Source of the DNA: Camelus ferus
Lineage: Eukaryota
Length of the DNA: 64,000 nt
Direction: 5' to 3'
Assembly: GCF_009834535.1 (NCBI RefSeq)
Contig: NC_045697.1
Coordinates: forward strand, 90,770,001-90,834,000
Numbering within the stretch: the stretch's first letter is position 1; every line of letters starts with the position of its first letter. Below the pieces are notes generated by a model. That model was not told the DNA's origin. It saw only the letters and a list, made by a program, of their open reading frames with translations, and made no database searches. The position numbers and the translations under genes were made by a program. Positions 62,451 to 64,000 of the stretch are shown piece by piece.

Positions 62451-64000
62451 GTTAGTTTATCTATATCTTCATTTTGATTTTTTGAAGAGAGTTGTAGTAA
62501 TGAAGAATTATATTTAGTCAGTTGATTCCTGATAGTCACCAATGAGTATTTTGGATTTCTCTAAGGTACTGTCTGCATTGTTAACTGATTTGCTTTTATA
62601 ACATTTCTGAAATGTTAGGCTTTTCTCTTTGCTTTGACCTGTATTTTATGTAAAAATGGATTGAAATTCCACCTGTAGATGTAGGTGTAGATATGTTCTT
62701 GGAAAGTTATGTGATGACTATTGTTCTTACATCTGCTTTGGAACCGCTCCCTGTTTTTCAGGGAGTTCTGAGAAAATATTTTTCGAAGAGAAAATTGAAA
62801 ACAGTCTTGGTCAACTTTTTTTACTCATAGCATTCCCCCAGTGAGAAAAAAATAATATCTTTACACCCTTTTCCTTATTGTTTTAGGAACTTTCCATATG
62901 TCTAGTGACAGATTATGATTTAACTGTTCGATGAAAGCGTATGCTCATTCAGTGTTCCGAGTCTAGGTAAAAGTGTCTTTAGGGACTTTTAGGCAGAAAA
63001 GTTCTTTAAACTGTTGGAAATCAGTGGCTGAAGCAAGGTGAATGTTGGGGAGAGTGGCAGCGGATGCTATTGGAGAGGTAGGCAAGGTCCACCTTATGCT
63101 GGGCCTTGGTAACTTGGAATTAGCAGTTTAAGTGCCATGGGAAGCCATTGAAGGATTTTAATCCATGGAGGTGATGAGGCATGGGAGGGGACATTTCATA
63201 ATTAAGTAGTTGCCAGCCAACTTCTTTAATAATGGAACTGACAATCCATCATACCTTGAGCACTTACTTGAATTTTTTGTAAATGAGTATTATAACCCTT
63301 AGCTGCAGGGTAAGCATTAGGCTCACTTGATACAGTAAGCCAAGGGTAATTGCTCAGAAGTGGTGGCAGCAGGACAACCATGTGGTTGTTAGAAAAAAGT
63401 TTCCACGTTTCTTAAACACTTTAATCACTTACCTCTTCCATACTTCTCAGATACATAAGTAGTCTTTTTGACTGTCTAGAATTCATACAGATGACAAGAC
63501 TTATCCTATGCTAATGTATGTCTTCCTTGTTAGTTGCTTCAATTAAAACTTTAAAACTGATCACCCAACACTGTAAAACTATGAAGTCCAGGTGTTTTGT
63601 AGTTAGAGTTATTTCATATAATCAGGTCATGAAGGTGTGACTTTGAGCATACATTTTTATCTTCAAAACAAAGGCTTTTTTTTGACAGAGAATCTCATTG
63701 ATTAGAATTTATAGTATAGACTGTAAAAGAGCTTTTAGATTCTTTCATTGTCTCTTTTCCTCATCTGTCCATAGTTTCATGATTTATAGGGAATCAATGC
63801 TATAGTTGCACACCAGTATTCCCTTAATTACTTGGGTAGTTTTTCCTTTGCCCTGAGTCTTTGTTTATTGAAAATATATATTGGGCAGAAGCCTGAACGT
63901 TTTGAAACCTTAACTATGGAATCCATGAATAGGTAATCTTCAGAATTTCACTAGTATAACTGTTAATTATACTATCATTTGGTAACAAGAAACATTAAAT

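Overview
Mammalian genomic DNA, very probably from a camelid: it carries several copies of a tRNA-Ala(AGC)-derived, Vic-1-like SINE. The gene order is MFSD8 - ABHD18 - LARP1B. (1) The first coding exon of MFSD8/CLN7 lies on the minus strand (571-635) and shares a bidirectional CpG-island promoter with ABHD18. (2) ABHD18 (C4orf29) is complete on the plus strand: 12 coding exons from 13409 to 35934, 1395 nt, 464 aa, with a GISMGG nucleophile motif. Its frame is kept by a U12-type intron that appears to end AT-AA. (3) A decayed RNPS1 processed pseudogene lies at about 39223-40712. (4) The 5' part of LARP1B follows, with a CpG island at about 52050-53770, three candidate first exons and an in-frame 194-aa LARP1-like N-terminal extension. 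The rest is L1, L2/MIR, MLT/MER21-type LTRs, hAT DNA transposons and microsatellites. I see no new multi-gene system. The best leads concern splicing and translation: the AT-AA minor intron containing a (TTAC)31 array, a TGATG-overlapping uORF on ABHD18, the LARP1B long N-terminus, and an unidentified GC-rich insert inside an L1. Gene and repeat names come from recalled homology, not from a search, and repeat boundaries are approximate.
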